A stretch of 64,000 nt of DNA, from assembly GCA_963816215.1 (NCBI GenBank), contig CAWFKB010000007.1, positions 89,202 through 153,201 of the forward strand. Direction: 5' to 3'. How positions within the stretch are numbered: the first letter of the stretch is position 1; the number at the start of each line of letters is the position of its first letter. Shown piece after piece: positions 18,105 through 27,716 of this stretch. This DNA comes from an uncultured Chloroflexia bacterium (GTDB lineage Bacteria > Chloroflexota > Limnocylindria > QHBO01). The position numbers were made by a program, and so were the translations under genes. The notes under the pieces are model-generated. The model saw only the letters and a program-made list of their open reading frames with translations, did not search any database and had not been told where the DNA came from.

Positions 18105-19643
18105 GTGAACGAGGCTCCCAACGGCCGCTTGATCGCGGGCCGATACCGGTTGATCAGCCCTATCGGCGAAGGCGGGATGGCCACGGTGTGGCGGGCCATG
18201 GACGAGCAGCTCGAGCGCGAGGTGGCGGTCAAGATCCTCCGTCCCCAATTCGGCGCGGACTCCGGATTCTCGGCCCGCTTCCGCAACGAGGCTCGGACAG
18301 CCGGCTCACTGAACAATCCGAACGTGGTCCAGATCTACGACTTCGGGACCGATGCCGAGGGCGGCGACCAGTACATCGTGATGCAGCTGGTGGACGGCCA
18401 GGACCTGGCCTCGGTCCTCCGCGAGCGCGGCGCCCTGCCGGTGGACGAGGCCGTTGCCATTGGGGCCGCGGTGGCCGATGCGCTCGACGCCGCGCATCAC
18501 CTCGGGCTCATCCACCGCGACGTAAAGCCAGCCAACATCCTCATCACCGCGAGTGGCCGAACGCTGGTCACCGACTTCGGCATCTCGCGGGCCATCACCG
18601 ATGCCTCGATGACCATGACCGGGACGACGATCGGCTCCGTCCACTACTTCAGCCCCGAGCAGGCCGCCGGGGAGGAGCTCGGCCCCCCGTCGGACATCTA
18701 TGCCCTGGGCATCGTCATGTACGAGATGCTCAGCGGCCGACGGCCGTTCGAGGGTGACTCGGCTGCCGGGGTGGCGCTCAAGCGTCTGAACGAACCACCG
18801 CCCCCGCTGTCTACCGGCATCCTCCCCATCCCCGGCGCACTCGAGGCCGTGGTCATGAAGGCACTTGCGCGCGATCCCGCCCAGCGGTACGCCACGGCGG
18901 CCGACTTCGGGCACGCCCTGCGGACCTGGGCCAGCGGGGAGGACACCGTGGTCGCAGCCATCGTTCCGCCACCGGTCGTCCCACCACCCGCCGAACCCGT
19001 CGCCCCGGTTCCCGTACCCCTGCCTCCCCCCAAGAAGGGGACGCCGTGGTGGATCTGGATCCTTGCCTTCCTGGCCGTCCTGATGCTGGGAGCGATGGGG
19101 TTCCTCGGCGCGCGCCTGCTGGGCGCCTTTGGTCCCGAGAACGAGCCGAGCCCAAGCGCGGACGTGTTCGCGATGCCCGACTGGGTAGGCCAACCGATTG
19201 CGGCCGTCCGGCTCGAAGCCGAAGACCTGAACGTGATTCTCGACGAGCAGCCCGAGGCGAGCACCGATGTCGAGAAGGACACCGTGATCTCGACGGATCC
19301 CCGGTCGGGTAAGGACGTCTCCGAGGGCGACACGATCATCGTCGTCGTCAGCGCGGGCGAGGAAACGGTCATGGTGCCAACCCTGGCCGGCCAGACGCGG
19401 GAGGAAGCCCGAGACACACTGCTTGCCGCTGACCTTCAGCTGGGGCTCGTATCGGTGGAGACGTCCGATCAGCCCGAGGGAACGGTCATCCGCAGCAATC
19501 CGGCCTCGGGGACCGAGGTGGCCACCGGCTCGCAGGTCGACATCGTCTTGTCCAGCGGTCCGACGCCGACCCCGCAACCGACACCAACGCCAGCCCCCAC
19601 GCCAACCCCGGCCCCAACGCCCACGCCGGCGCCTACCCCCTGA
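18105..19643 (+). CDS. Ser/Thr protein kinase with transmembrane segment and extracellular PASTA repeats (PknB-like)
   Basis: Kinase motifs GEGGMATVW, HRDVKPANIL, DFG; a TM helix; two PASTA-like repeats; C-terminal TPTPAPTP low-complexity tail. GTG start. Confidence 0.85.
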   Translation: MNEAPNGRLIAGRYRLISPIGEGGMATVWRAMDEQLEREVAVKILRPQFGADSGFSARFRNEARTAGSLNNPNVVQIYDFGTDAEGGDQYIVMQLVDGQDLASVLRERGALPVDEAVAIGAAVADALDAAHHLGLIHRDVKPANILITASGRTLVTDFGISRAITDASMTMTGTTIGSVHYFSPEQAAGEELGPPSDIYALGIVMYEMLSGRRPFEGDSAAGVALKRLNEPPPPLSTGILPIPGALEAVVMKALARDPAQRYATAADFGHALRTWASGEDTVVAAIVPPPVVPPPAEPVAPVPVPLPPPKKGTPWWIWILAFLAVLMLGAMGFLGARLLGAFGPENEPSPSADVFAMPDWVGQPIAAVRLEAEDLNVILDEQPEASTDVEKDTVISTDPRSGKDVSEGDTIIVVVSAGEETVMVPTLAGQTREEARDTLLAADLQLGLVSVETSDQPEGTVIRSNPASGTEVATGSQVDIVLSSGPTPTPQPTPTPAPTPTPAPTPTPAPTP

Positions 19644-19717
19644 TCGGCCGACCCGTCTGATCGGCGGTGCTAGGATGGCCGCCGCTTCCGTCCCACGAGC
19701 ATCGAGGAAACCCGCCC

Positions 19718-20038
19718 ATGTCCGCTGTCGCCGTAGACGACACGACGTTCGAAACCCAGGTCCTGAACAGCCCCAAGCCCGTCCTGGTGGACTTCTGGGC
19801 CCCCTGGTGCGGGCCCTGCCGGCTGGTCTCGCCGGTGGTCGAATCGCTCGGAGAGTCGCACGGCGACAAGATCGCGGTGGCCAAGCTCAACACCGATGAG
19901 AACCAGGATCTCGCGATGCGCTACAGCATCTTCAGCATCCCCACCCTGATCCTGTTCAAGGACGGACGCGAGGCTGCCCGCCTGGTCGGCTACATGCCCC
20001 AGCCGGTCATCGAGGAGCGCCTCAGGAACTGGCTGTAG
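19718..20038 (+). CDS. trxA: Thioredoxin
   Basis: WCGPC active site. ATG with GAGGAA 8 nt upstream. 106 aa. Confidence 0.85.
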   Translation: MSAVAVDDTTFETQVLNSPKPVLVDFWAPWCGPCRLVSPVVESLGESHGDKIAVAKLNTDENQDLAMRYSIFSIPTLILFKDGREAARLVGYMPQPVIEERLRNWL

Positions 20039-20169
20039 GCGACGAGCCGATGGAGGGACGGCCGCCCCCCCGCCAGATCGTCATCCGGCCCGAACGCCGG
20101 ACAGGTCCCGAGCGTCGCGAGACCGAAGCCCCGGCGCCGTCCGACCGCCGCCAGGGCGATCGGCGAACG

Positions 20170-20640
20170 ATGTGCTGGGAGGTCGAGAACTGCGACCTCG
20201 CCATCCGGTATCGGTGCCCCGCCTTCATCCTGCGCCGCCCCTGCTGGGAGCTGTGGGCGGTCGAGGGCCTGGGCCCGGCCCGGGCGTGCTGCCACAACGA
20301 CACCGACTGCGAGCCAGGCCGTTGCGCGATCGCCGAGAAGCGGTTCGCCGGGGCGCCGGCAGCGGAACCGCTGGCCGTCCACGTCGGCCGCCGCGGAGCG
20401 CCGCTGGGCTTCAGCCGGCCGCGACGGCACAGCTGCCCCAACTTCTTCGTGACCCACGGTTCGGGCGGTCGGATCCCGGTCGACGCACCGCACCTCCTGC
20501 GCTCCCTGGCCAAGCAGGAGGGCACGGTCTCCCGATGCCGGGTCCGCGGTGGGGTCCATCTCGACAGCGGCTACGTCACCGACCTGTGCCTGACCGGCCA
20601 GTACCGCGACTGCGTCTTCTTCGAGGACGAGCAGGGCTGA
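20170..20640 (+). CDS. Cysteine-rich hypothetical protein (12 Cys in about 156 aa)
   Basis: ATG ORF reading MCWEVENCDLAIRYRCPAF...CWELW...ACCHNDTDCEPGRCAIAE... with protein-like composition. It overlaps the 5' region of folC in another frame. Confidence 0.4.
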   Translation: MCWEVENCDLAIRYRCPAFILRRPCWELWAVEGLGPARACCHNDTDCEPGRCAIAEKRFAGAPAAEPLAVHVGRRGAPLGFSRPRRHSCPNFFVTHGSGGRIPVDAPHLLRSLAKQEGTVSRCRVRGGVHLDSGYVTDLCLTGQYRDCVFFEDEQG

Positions 20641-21995
20641 CCACGGCGCTCACCTACGCTGCGGCGATCGCGGCCATTCGGAGCCGAGGCCGATTTGGGG
20701 TGAGCCTGGGCCTGGAGCGCATCGACCGGATCCTGGCCGAGCTCGATCACCCCGAGCGATCCCTGCGCGGGGCGCTGGTGGCCGGCACCAATGGGAAGGG
20801 CAGCGTGGTGGCCCTCACCGCATCGGTGCTCCGCGCCGCCGGCCACCGGGTGGGAACCATGCCCAAGCCGCACCTCGTCACGTATCGCGAACGGATCACG
20901 GTGGACGGCAACCTGCTCAGTGAGTCGGCGTTTGCGTCTGTTGTTGAGACGGTCCTGAACGCGGTGGACCGAATCCAGACCGATGCCGGGGCGCCCACCG
21001 AGTTCGAGGTCCTGACCGCCGCCGGCTTCGTCGCGCTGGCCGATGCCAAGGTCGACGCCGCGGTGATCGAAGTCGGGCTCGGTGGGCGCCTCGATGCCAC
21101 GAATGCCGCTGACCTGGGCGTCGCGGTCGTGACCACCGTCCAGCACGACCACGAGCGGCACCTGGGGCGGACCCTGACCGCCATCGGTGGGGAGAAGGCG
21201 GCCATCATCAAGCGGGGTGACCTGGCGGTGACCGGGGCGATGGGCCGGGGGCTGGCGCCGGTGGTTGCCCGGGCCAAGGCCGTCCACGCGCCGCTCCATC
21301 GGGCCGGGCCGGGACAAGCCTGGCAGGCGCTGGTCACGGACGCGGGCTGGGACGGGATCATGGTCGACCTCCGGACGCCGGACGGGTGGCTGCGCGACGT
21401 CCGGGTCGGGCTGCTGGGCAGCCACCAGGGGCAGAATGCGGCGGTGGCCGCTGCCGTCCTCGACGCCATCCAGGCCGATGCAACGCGCGGCGGGCGTTCG
21501 CTCGCCGTGGCCGAGTCCCACCTGCGCGATGGCCTGGCCGCCGCTCGTTGGCCGGGGCGCCTGGAGTGGTTTCCCGACGCTGCCGGCGGGCGAGGCGTCC
21601 TGCTCGACGGGGCACACAACCCGGCGGGCGCCCGGGCGTTGGCTGCGGCCCTTGCCGAGCTCGGGGTGCGCAGGTTCCCACTCGTGTTCGGTGCCATGCG
21701 CGGCAAGCGGGTGAGCGCCGTGCTTCGAGCGCTGGCGCCGCTCGACCCCCGACCGGTCTTCACGTCGGTTGCGGATCCCCATGCCCACTCCCCGGAGGAA
21801 TTGCTCCGGACCTGGCGACGTGCCATTCCCCATGCACGAGGGACGGCGGCGGGCCGCGTTGTCGCCGATCCGGCCACCGCCCTTTCCGTGGCTACCAACC
21901 TCGCCCCGGTCCGAGGTCCGGTGGTGGTCGCCGGGTCGCTGTACCTGGTGGGCGCGGTCCGTGCCGCCCTGACCGGGGAGCGGGTCGACCCGTGA
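20538..21995 (+). CDS. folC: Dihydrofolate synthase / folylpolyglutamate synthase
   Basis: Mur-ligase fold with AGTNGKGS P-loop and FolC-like core. Start is uncertain: ATG at 20538, or a non-canonical start near 20637 just before LTTALTYAAAIAA. Confidence 0.75.
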   Translation, partial: PGPRWGPSRQRLRHRPVPDRPVPRLRLLRGRAGLTTALTYAAAIAAIRSRGRFGVSLGLERIDRILAELDHPERSLRGALVAGTNGKGSVVALTASVLRAAGHRVGTMPKPHLVTYRERITVDGNLLSESAFASVVETVLNAVDRIQTDAGAPTEFEVLTAAGFVALADAKVDAAVIEVGLGGRLDATNAADLGVAVVTTVQHDHERHLGRTLTAIGGEKAAIIKRGDLAVTGAMGRGLAPVVARAKAVHAPLHRAGPGQAWQALVTDAGWDGIMVDLRTPDGWLRDVRVGLLGSHQGQNAAVAAAVLDAIQADATRGGRSLAVAESHLRDGLAAARWPGRLEWFPDAAGGRGVLLDGAHNPAGARALAAALAELGVRRFPLVFGAMRGKRVSAVLRALAPLDPRPVFTSVADPHAHSPEELLRTWRRAIPHARGTAAGRVVADPATALSVATNLAPVRGPVVVAGSLYLVGAVRAALTGERVDP

Positions 21996-23261
21996 CCGCC
22001 GCCCGCGGCCGACCGATCCCGGACCTCGCCTGGGGAAGCCGGACCTTGGTGATGGGCGTCCTCAATGTGACGCCCGACTCGTTCTCGGGCGACGGGCTGG
22101 CTCCCGCCGGCCGCTCCAGGGCGGAGGTCGTGGAAGCGGCCGTCGCGCAGGCCCATGCCTTCGTCGCGTGCCGGCGCGGACATCCTCGATATCGGTGGAG
22201 AGTCGTCCCGCCCGGTCGCGGTGTACGGGGCTCACGACGCGGTGGACGCCGAAACCGAGATGGGGCTGGTCCTGCCGGTCATCGAAGCCCTGGCCACGAG
22301 CCTCGACCCACAGATCCTGATCAGCATCGACACGACCAAGGGCGTGGTCGCCCGCGCGGCACTCGCCGCCGGGGCGGGCATGGTCAACGACGTGTGGGCC
22401 GCTCGCCGGGACCCGGACACGGCCGTGGCCGCGGCCGAGGCGGGCGCCTACCTGGTCGTGATGCACAACAAGGACGTCGCCCAGTACGACCACGGCGTCC
22501 TGCCCGAGGTCGTCGAGTGGCTCCAATCTGCGGCAGAGGACGCAGCCGCGGCCGGGATCCGTGCCGACCGGCTGGTGGTCGATCCCGGCATCGGCTTCGG
22601 CAAGACCCCCGACCACAGCCTCGAGGTCCTCCACCGGCTCGCAGACCTGAAGGCGGCGCTCGGGCTGCCGCTCCTGATCGGGACCAGCCGCAAGCGGTTC
22701 ATCGGTGACGTCCTGGACGGCGCTCCACCGGACGACCGGCTGGAGGGCACGATCGCCAGCGTGGTGGCCGCCATCGCCGACGGGGCGGATGTCGTGCGGG
22801 TCCACGACGTGGCGCCGGTCGTCCGCGCCGTGCGCGTGGCGGACGCGATCGTCCGACGCGCGGACGCCTCCGCGGTCGCGACAGATCTACCCGGCGAAAT
22901 TCGCCTGACCGGCATCGCGGCCAGCGGCCGCCACGGTGTCAGCGACGAGGAACGGTCATCGGTCCAGCCCTTCGAGGTCGATGTGACCGCCCGGGCTGAT
23001 GTCGCACATGCGGCCGCCAACGACGACCTGGCCGCCACCGTGGACTACGCCGCGCTGCAGTCCCTCGTCATTGACCGCGTGGCGGGCCAGAGCTTCCGGT
23101 TGCTCGAATCCCTCGCCGCGGACATCGGCCGCGCGGCGCTGGACCGGTGGCCCGTGATCTCCGAGGTAGCGATCGCCGTCCGCAAGCCACAAGCGCCCAT
23201 GCCCGGACCGGTGGGCACCGTGGAGGTCAGGGTTCGACTCCCGCGCGACCTGCGCGGCTGA
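21992..23261 (+). CDS. folP: Dihydropteroate synthase fused to dihydroneopterin aldolase (FolP-FolB), with an apparent +1 frameshift near 22169
   Basis: The GTG at 21992 overlaps the folC stop (GTGA). N-terminus LVMGVLNVTPDSFSGDG...AQAHAFVA is in one frame; GADILDIGGESSRP...DTTK...VNDV...DPGIGFGK...GTSRKRFIG is in the next frame. The C-terminal about 120 aa is a FolB domain (GIAASGRHGV...FEVDV...TVDYAAL). Confidence 0.7.
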
Positions 23262-23264
23262 GGG

Positions 23265-24716
23265 CTAGACCTGGGCCGGAAGCGTCCCCAGGGTAACGTC
23301 GATGGCCAGCTGCTCGCCGTTGCGGAGCACGGTCAGGGTGACGACATCGCCGGGCCGATACGGGAGCAGCAGGGTCGCCAGGTCATGGTCGGCGTCCACC
23401 GTCCGCCCGGCCAGCTCGGTGATGATGTCGCCCACTTGGAGTCCAGCTTCGTCGGCAGGGCTGCCCGGGATGACCGCCGCTTCTCCGCTGCTTCCCTCGG
23501 CAATGAGGGCGCCTTCCTCGACCGACAGGTTGTTGTCGGCGGCCAGCTGCTTGTCGATCATCTGGTAGCGCACACCCACCCACGGCCGCGACAGCTCGTC
23601 GCCGTTCAGGGCCAGGGCCATGATCGGCTTGGCGAAGTCGATGGGGATGGCGAACCCGATCCCCTGCGCGCTCGTGTTGACGGCGGTATTGATCCCGATG
23701 ACCTGGCCCACGCTGTTGACCAGCGGGCCACCGGAGTTGCCCGGGTTGATGGCGGCATCGGTCTGGATCAGGTGGCTGAGGTCCTCGGAGCTCGTGCCGT
23801 TCCCGGCCGTGATCTGGCGACCCAGGCCGGACACGACGCCGGTGGTCACCGTGTCGCTGTACTGCGCCAGTGGGTTGCCAATGGCGATGGCCAGCTGACC
23901 CACCTCCAGCGCGGCAGAGGAGCCGATGGGCGCGGTCGGCAGGTCCGAGGCGTCGATCTTGATGATGGCCAGGTCGGTGAGGGTGTCCGTACCGATGAGT
24001 GTCGCATCGAAGACGCGCGAGTCGGCGAGCCGAACCTGGAGGCTCACCGCATCACCGGCGACGTGCTTGTTGGTCAGGATCCAGCCGTCGGGGTCAAAGA
24101 TGAAGCCCGAGCCTGTGCCCGACCCGCCGGTGGACAGGGTGGCTTCGATGGTCACGACCGCGGGTCCTACGCTGTCCACGGCGTTGATGACCGCCGATGA
24201 TTCGTCCAGGGTCACCTGGGACACGTTTTCGCCGGCCGGCGGCTGGGTCGTGGGGGTGGTGCCGGTCCCGACCAGGTTGACCACGGCCAGCCCGGACAGG
24301 GTCCCGGACACGATGCCCGCGGCCAGGGCAATGGCCACGAATCCGAGGAGTCGCGGCCGGTGCGGCGGCGCGGCTTCGGCGGGTTCGGGGGGAAGGCTGC
24401 GGCGCGTGGACCAGGCCGGCGCGGAAGACCAGGTGTCGGATGGTGGAATGGGGGCGCTGTCGCCGCTGGCACCATAGCGGTCGGTCTCGACCGCGGCCGG
24501 GGGCTCGGCCTCGAAGTCGGCGGACAGCGTCTCGGGAGTCTTGGGCTCGGCGGACGCGCTGGGCTGGTCGGGGGTCGCGGGCGTGGGATCGCCCGGCGCG
24601 TCTGCGGTTGGTTCGGTATCAGTCACAGGGCCAAGTGTCGAGGACCGAGGTTGCGGGCGCTGTCCGTCCCCGGTGAAGAATCGTTGATCAAGCGGGAGGC
24701 GCGCCGACCTCCACAT
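23265..24716 (-). CDS. HtrA/DegP-family serine protease (trypsin-like + PDZ) with disordered N-terminal region and TM anchor
   Basis: Catalytic block TDAAINPGNSGGPL, His context LTNKHV, C-terminal PDZ. ATG at 24716 with GGGGAG 7 nt upstream. Overlaps the 3' end of the upstream kinase gene by 29 nt. Confidence 0.8.
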   Translation of the reverse strand: MWRSARLPLDQRFFTGDGQRPQPRSSTLGPVTDTEPTADAPGDPTPATPDQPSASAEPKTPETLSADFEAEPPAAVETDRYGASGDSAPIPPSDTWSSAPAWSTRRSLPPEPAEAAPPHRPRLLGFVAIALAAGIVSGTLSGLAVVNLVGTGTTPTTQPPAGENVSQVTLDESSAVINAVDSVGPAVVTIEATLSTGGSGTGSGFIFDPDGWILTNKHVAGDAVSLQVRLADSRVFDATLIGTDTLTDLAIIKIDASDLPTAPIGSSAALEVGQLAIAIGNPLAQYSDTVTTGVVSGLGRQITAGNGTSSEDLSHLIQTDAAINPGNSGGPLVNSVGQVIGINTAVNTSAQGIGFAIPIDFAKPIMALALNGDELSRPWVGVRYQMIDKQLAADNNLSVEEGALIAEGSSGEAAVIPGSPADEAGLQVGDIITELAGRTVDADHDLATLLLPYRPGDVVTLTVLRNGEQLAIDVTLGTLPAQV

Positions 24717-26157
24717 TGGCCAGCTCCCCGGCCGCCGCGGCCCCCTGGCGGGGCAGGACGACCCGGAACACGGTGCCTTCCCCGAGCACGCTGGCGACCT
24801 CGATGAACCCGCCGTGCATCTCCACGATGGAGCGGGCGATGGCCAGTCCCAGCCCGCTGCCCGACGCCCGTGCCTCGCCCACGTTGGTGCCGCGATAGAA
24901 CCGATCGAAGATGCGTGGCAGCTCGGCCGGCGGAATGCCGGGACCGGTATCGGCGATCTCGATCACCGCGGCCTCCGGCTCGTCGCGGACCTCGAGGGCC
25001 ACCGTCCCGCCGGGGGCGGTGAACTTCACGGCGTTGCCCACCAGGTTGGTGATGAGCTGGACAATCCGCTCCCGGTCGAATCGGAGGGCCACCGTCGTCG
25101 ACGGCGCGGCGTAGGTCACGCTGATCTGGCGAGCCGCGGCGATCTCCGCGGTGGCCTCCACGGCGACCCGGACCGGCTCGCGCAGGTCGCCGATCTTCAC
25201 GTCCATGGGGAAGATGCCGGCGTCGATCCGCGACAGGTCCAGCAGGTTGGCGCTCATCCATTCGAGCCGGGTCAGCTGCTCGGTGGAGCGGTCCAGGAAC
25301 TCGGCTCGCGTCTCCTCGTCCACCCCGCCGTCGCGCTGCAGTTCGGTATATGTCCGCAGGGCGGCCAACGGAGTCCGCAGCTCGTGGCTGACATCCGCGA
25401 CGAACTCGCGCAGCCGGTCGCGGTCCGCCTCCAGCAGGTGCAGGGACTCCGTCAGACGGTCGGCCATCAGGTTGAACTGCTCCCCCAGCTGGTCGATCTC
25501 CTCCACCCCGGCCGGCGGGACGCGCGCGTCGAGATGGCCGTGGGCCAGCCGCCGCGAGAAGCTGCCCAGGCGGTCCAGCGGAATCGTGAGCCGCCGCGCA
25601 GCCCACACCCCGACGCCCAGGGACACGAGCAGGGCGAGGGCTCCGGCGCCGACCAGCGCCCCGCGGACCTGGGTCAGGGTCGCCTCGCGGGCCGTGTACG
25701 GCACCGACACGACGACCTCGAGCTGAAGCGTGCCACCGGGGGCGAGGGGTTCCGCGAACGGAAGCTCGACCGAGAACGGAAGGCGGGTGGTCGGCGCGAG
25801 GGCGTCGGGGGCCAGCCCCTGCGCTTCGGCGGCCTCGATGTCCGTTGGTTCCGCGAATGCGGCCTGCGACCCGTCCACCGCGTTGACGACCTCGACCGTC
25901 ACCAGGAGTCGGTTGGCCGCTTCCTCCGCGGCCGGCTGCATGATCCGCAGCTGCCGTTGCTCGGGGTCGTTGAGGAACTCGCCCAGCCCGCTGGTGGCTG
26001 CGCGGTTCACGGTGTCGATGATCAGCAGCGCGGTGGCCTGGGCCGACGCCTCGGTCCGGGCCCGGCCCTGCTGCTCGAAGTATCCGGGCAGGATCTGGTT
26101 CAGGGCCACGCCGCTGATGAGCAGCGCGATCAACGCGGTACTGGCAAGGGCAACCAC
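24688..26157 (-). CDS. Sensor histidine kinase (TM-HAMP-HisKA-HATPase)
   Basis: H-box VSHELRTPL, N/G boxes (GNAVKF, DTGPGI, GSGLGL), two TM segments. Confidence 0.8.
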   Translation of the reverse strand: MVALASTALIALLISGVALNQILPGYFEQQGRARTEASAQATALLIIDTVNRAATSGLGEFLNDPEQRQLRIMQPAAEEAANRLLVTVEVVNAVDGSQAAFAEPTDIEAAEAQGLAPDALAPTTRLPFSVELPFAEPLAPGGTLQLEVVVSVPYTAREATLTQVRGALVGAGALALLVSLGVGVWAARRLTIPLDRLGSFSRRLAHGHLDARVPPAGVEEIDQLGEQFNLMADRLTESLHLLEADRDRLREFVADVSHELRTPLAALRTYTELQRDGGVDEETRAEFLDRSTEQLTRLEWMSANLLDLSRIDAGIFPMDVKIGDLREPVRVAVEATAEIAAARQISVTYAAPSTTVALRFDRERIVQLITNLVGNAVKFTAPGGTVALEVRDEPEAAVIEIADTGPGIPPAELPRIFDRFYRGTNVGEARASGSGLGLAIARSIVEMHGGFIEVASVLGEGTVFRVVLPRQGAAAAGELANVEVGAPPA

Positions 26158-26202
26158 CAGGCGAACGTCGAGACGGCGGATGAATCGGCGAAGGTGGATC
26201 GG

Positions 26203-26886
26203 TCAGTCCTCGGCGAATGCGTAGCCCACGCCCCGGATGGTCCGGATGTAGCGCGGCTGGGCGGGATCGGGCTCGACCTTGTCACGGATATGGCTGATGT
26301 GGACGTTGATCGTGCGCTCGTCCTGCTCGATCGCGGCGTCGTAGTCGCGCACCAGCTCGAGCAGCTGCGACCGGGTGAAGACCCGGCCGGGGCGGGCAGC
26401 GAGGTGACGGAGCAGGTCGAACTCGGTGGTCGTGAGGCTGATCCGCTCCCCGTCGCGGGTCACGCGACGGCGCTCGAGGTCGATCACGAGGTCGCCCCGG
26501 CGCAGGGTGTCGGACGCCTGCACGTCGGCCAGCTCCCCGTAGGCGCGGCGCAGGAGCGCCTTCACCCGGCTCGTCAGCTCGCGAACGCTGAAGGGCTTCA
26601 CGAGATAGTCGTCGGCGCCGATCTCGAGCCCCACCACCTTGTCCACCTCGTCCGTGCGGGCGGTGAGGAACAGGATGGGAGCCCGGGTCTCGCGACGGAG
26701 CTGGCGGCAGACCTCGAACCCGTCGATGCCCGGGAGCCGGACGTCCAGTAGGACGAGGTCCGGGGCGAGCTCAGCAAAGCGGGCCACGGCCTCCTCGCCG
26801 GTCATGATCACCTTGACCCCGTAGCCCTCGCGCTCGAGGGCCACCTGGACGCCGCGCGCAACGGCGGGCTCATCCTCGACGATCAT
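26203..26886 (-). CDS. OmpR/PhoB-family response regulator
   Basis: Receiver domain (MIVEDEP...LLDVRLPGIDGF...) plus a winged-helix C-terminus. Internal ATG at 26886 is the most plausible start. Confidence 0.85.
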   Translation of the reverse strand: MIVEDEPAVARGVQVALEREGYGVKVIMTGEEAVARFAELAPDLVLLDVRLPGIDGFEVCRQLRRETRAPILFLTARTDEVDKVVGLEIGADDYLVKPFSVRELTSRVKALLRRAYGELADVQASDTLRRGDLVIDLERRRVTRDGERISLTTTEFDLLRHLAARPGRVFTRSQLLELVRDYDAAIEQDERTINVHISHIRDKVEPDPAQPRYIRTIRGVGYAFAED

Positions 26887-27026
26887 GATGGTGGCGGCCA
26901 CGGGGACCGATTCTAGACCGATGCCCAACCGACGCCCGGACGGGCGGCCAGAGCCTCGGTTCGAGATCGGTTCGGGCCGGCGGGCGTTTGCCGGCCTATC
27001 GGTCCCCCTGTACCATTCGCCACCCC

Positions 27027-27701
27027 ATGACCCTCGAACTCGCCGTCGACCCGCGCGCCGTGCTCGGCAAGCAGACCAAGCGTCTGCGCCGCACCGGTGC
27101 CGTGCCGGGCGTGGTGTTCGGCAAGAACACCGACTCCATCCCGGTCCAGGTCGATGCCAAGCGCTTCGAGGCCCTGTACCACGCCGCCGGGCGGACGACC
27201 ATCTTCCAGCTGACGGTCACCGGCAACGGGCCGTCGAGCGCGATCATCAAGTCGGTCCAGCGCCACCCGCTCAGCGGGCGCGCGGTCCACGTCGACTTCT
27301 TCCTCCCCGACCTCAAGGTCGAGATGCAGGTCGACGTCCCCATCGTCTTCACCGGGGAGGCGCCTGCCATCGAGGAGACCGGCGGATCCCTCTTCCAGTC
27401 CCTGTCCAGCGTCAAGGTCCGCGCCCTGCCGGCCGACCTGCCGCACGAGTTCTCGATCGACCTCTCGCCGCTGGTCGACCTCGAGGCCGCCATCCACGTC
27501 AGTGACATCGCCGTAGACCCCGAGCGGGTGCACATCCTCAACGACCCCGAGGAGCTGATCGCCAAGGTCATGCCGCCGCGCGTCGAGGAGGAGATCCCGG
27601 TCGTGGCCGAGGGCGAGGAGGGTGCCGAGGGCGAGGAGGGTGCCGAGGGCGAGGAGGGCGCCGAGGGCGCCGAGTCCGGTCCGACCGAGGACGAGGGCTA
27701 G
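27027..27701 (+). CDS. rplY: 50S ribosomal protein bL25 (Ctc form) with acidic EGEEGAEG-repeat tail
   Basis: LRRTGAVPGVVFG...HVDFF core of L25/Ctc. The C-terminus carries a repeated EGEEGAEG motif. Confidence 0.85.
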   Translation: MTLELAVDPRAVLGKQTKRLRRTGAVPGVVFGKNTDSIPVQVDAKRFEALYHAAGRTTIFQLTVTGNGPSSAIIKSVQRHPLSGRAVHVDFFLPDLKVEMQVDVPIVFTGEAPAIEETGGSLFQSLSSVKVRALPADLPHEFSIDLSPLVDLEAAIHVSDIAVDPERVHILNDPEELIAKVMPPRVEEEIPVVAEGEEGAEGEEGAEGEEGAEGAESGPTEDEG

Positions 27702-27716
27702 CTCAGCCCGCTCCGC

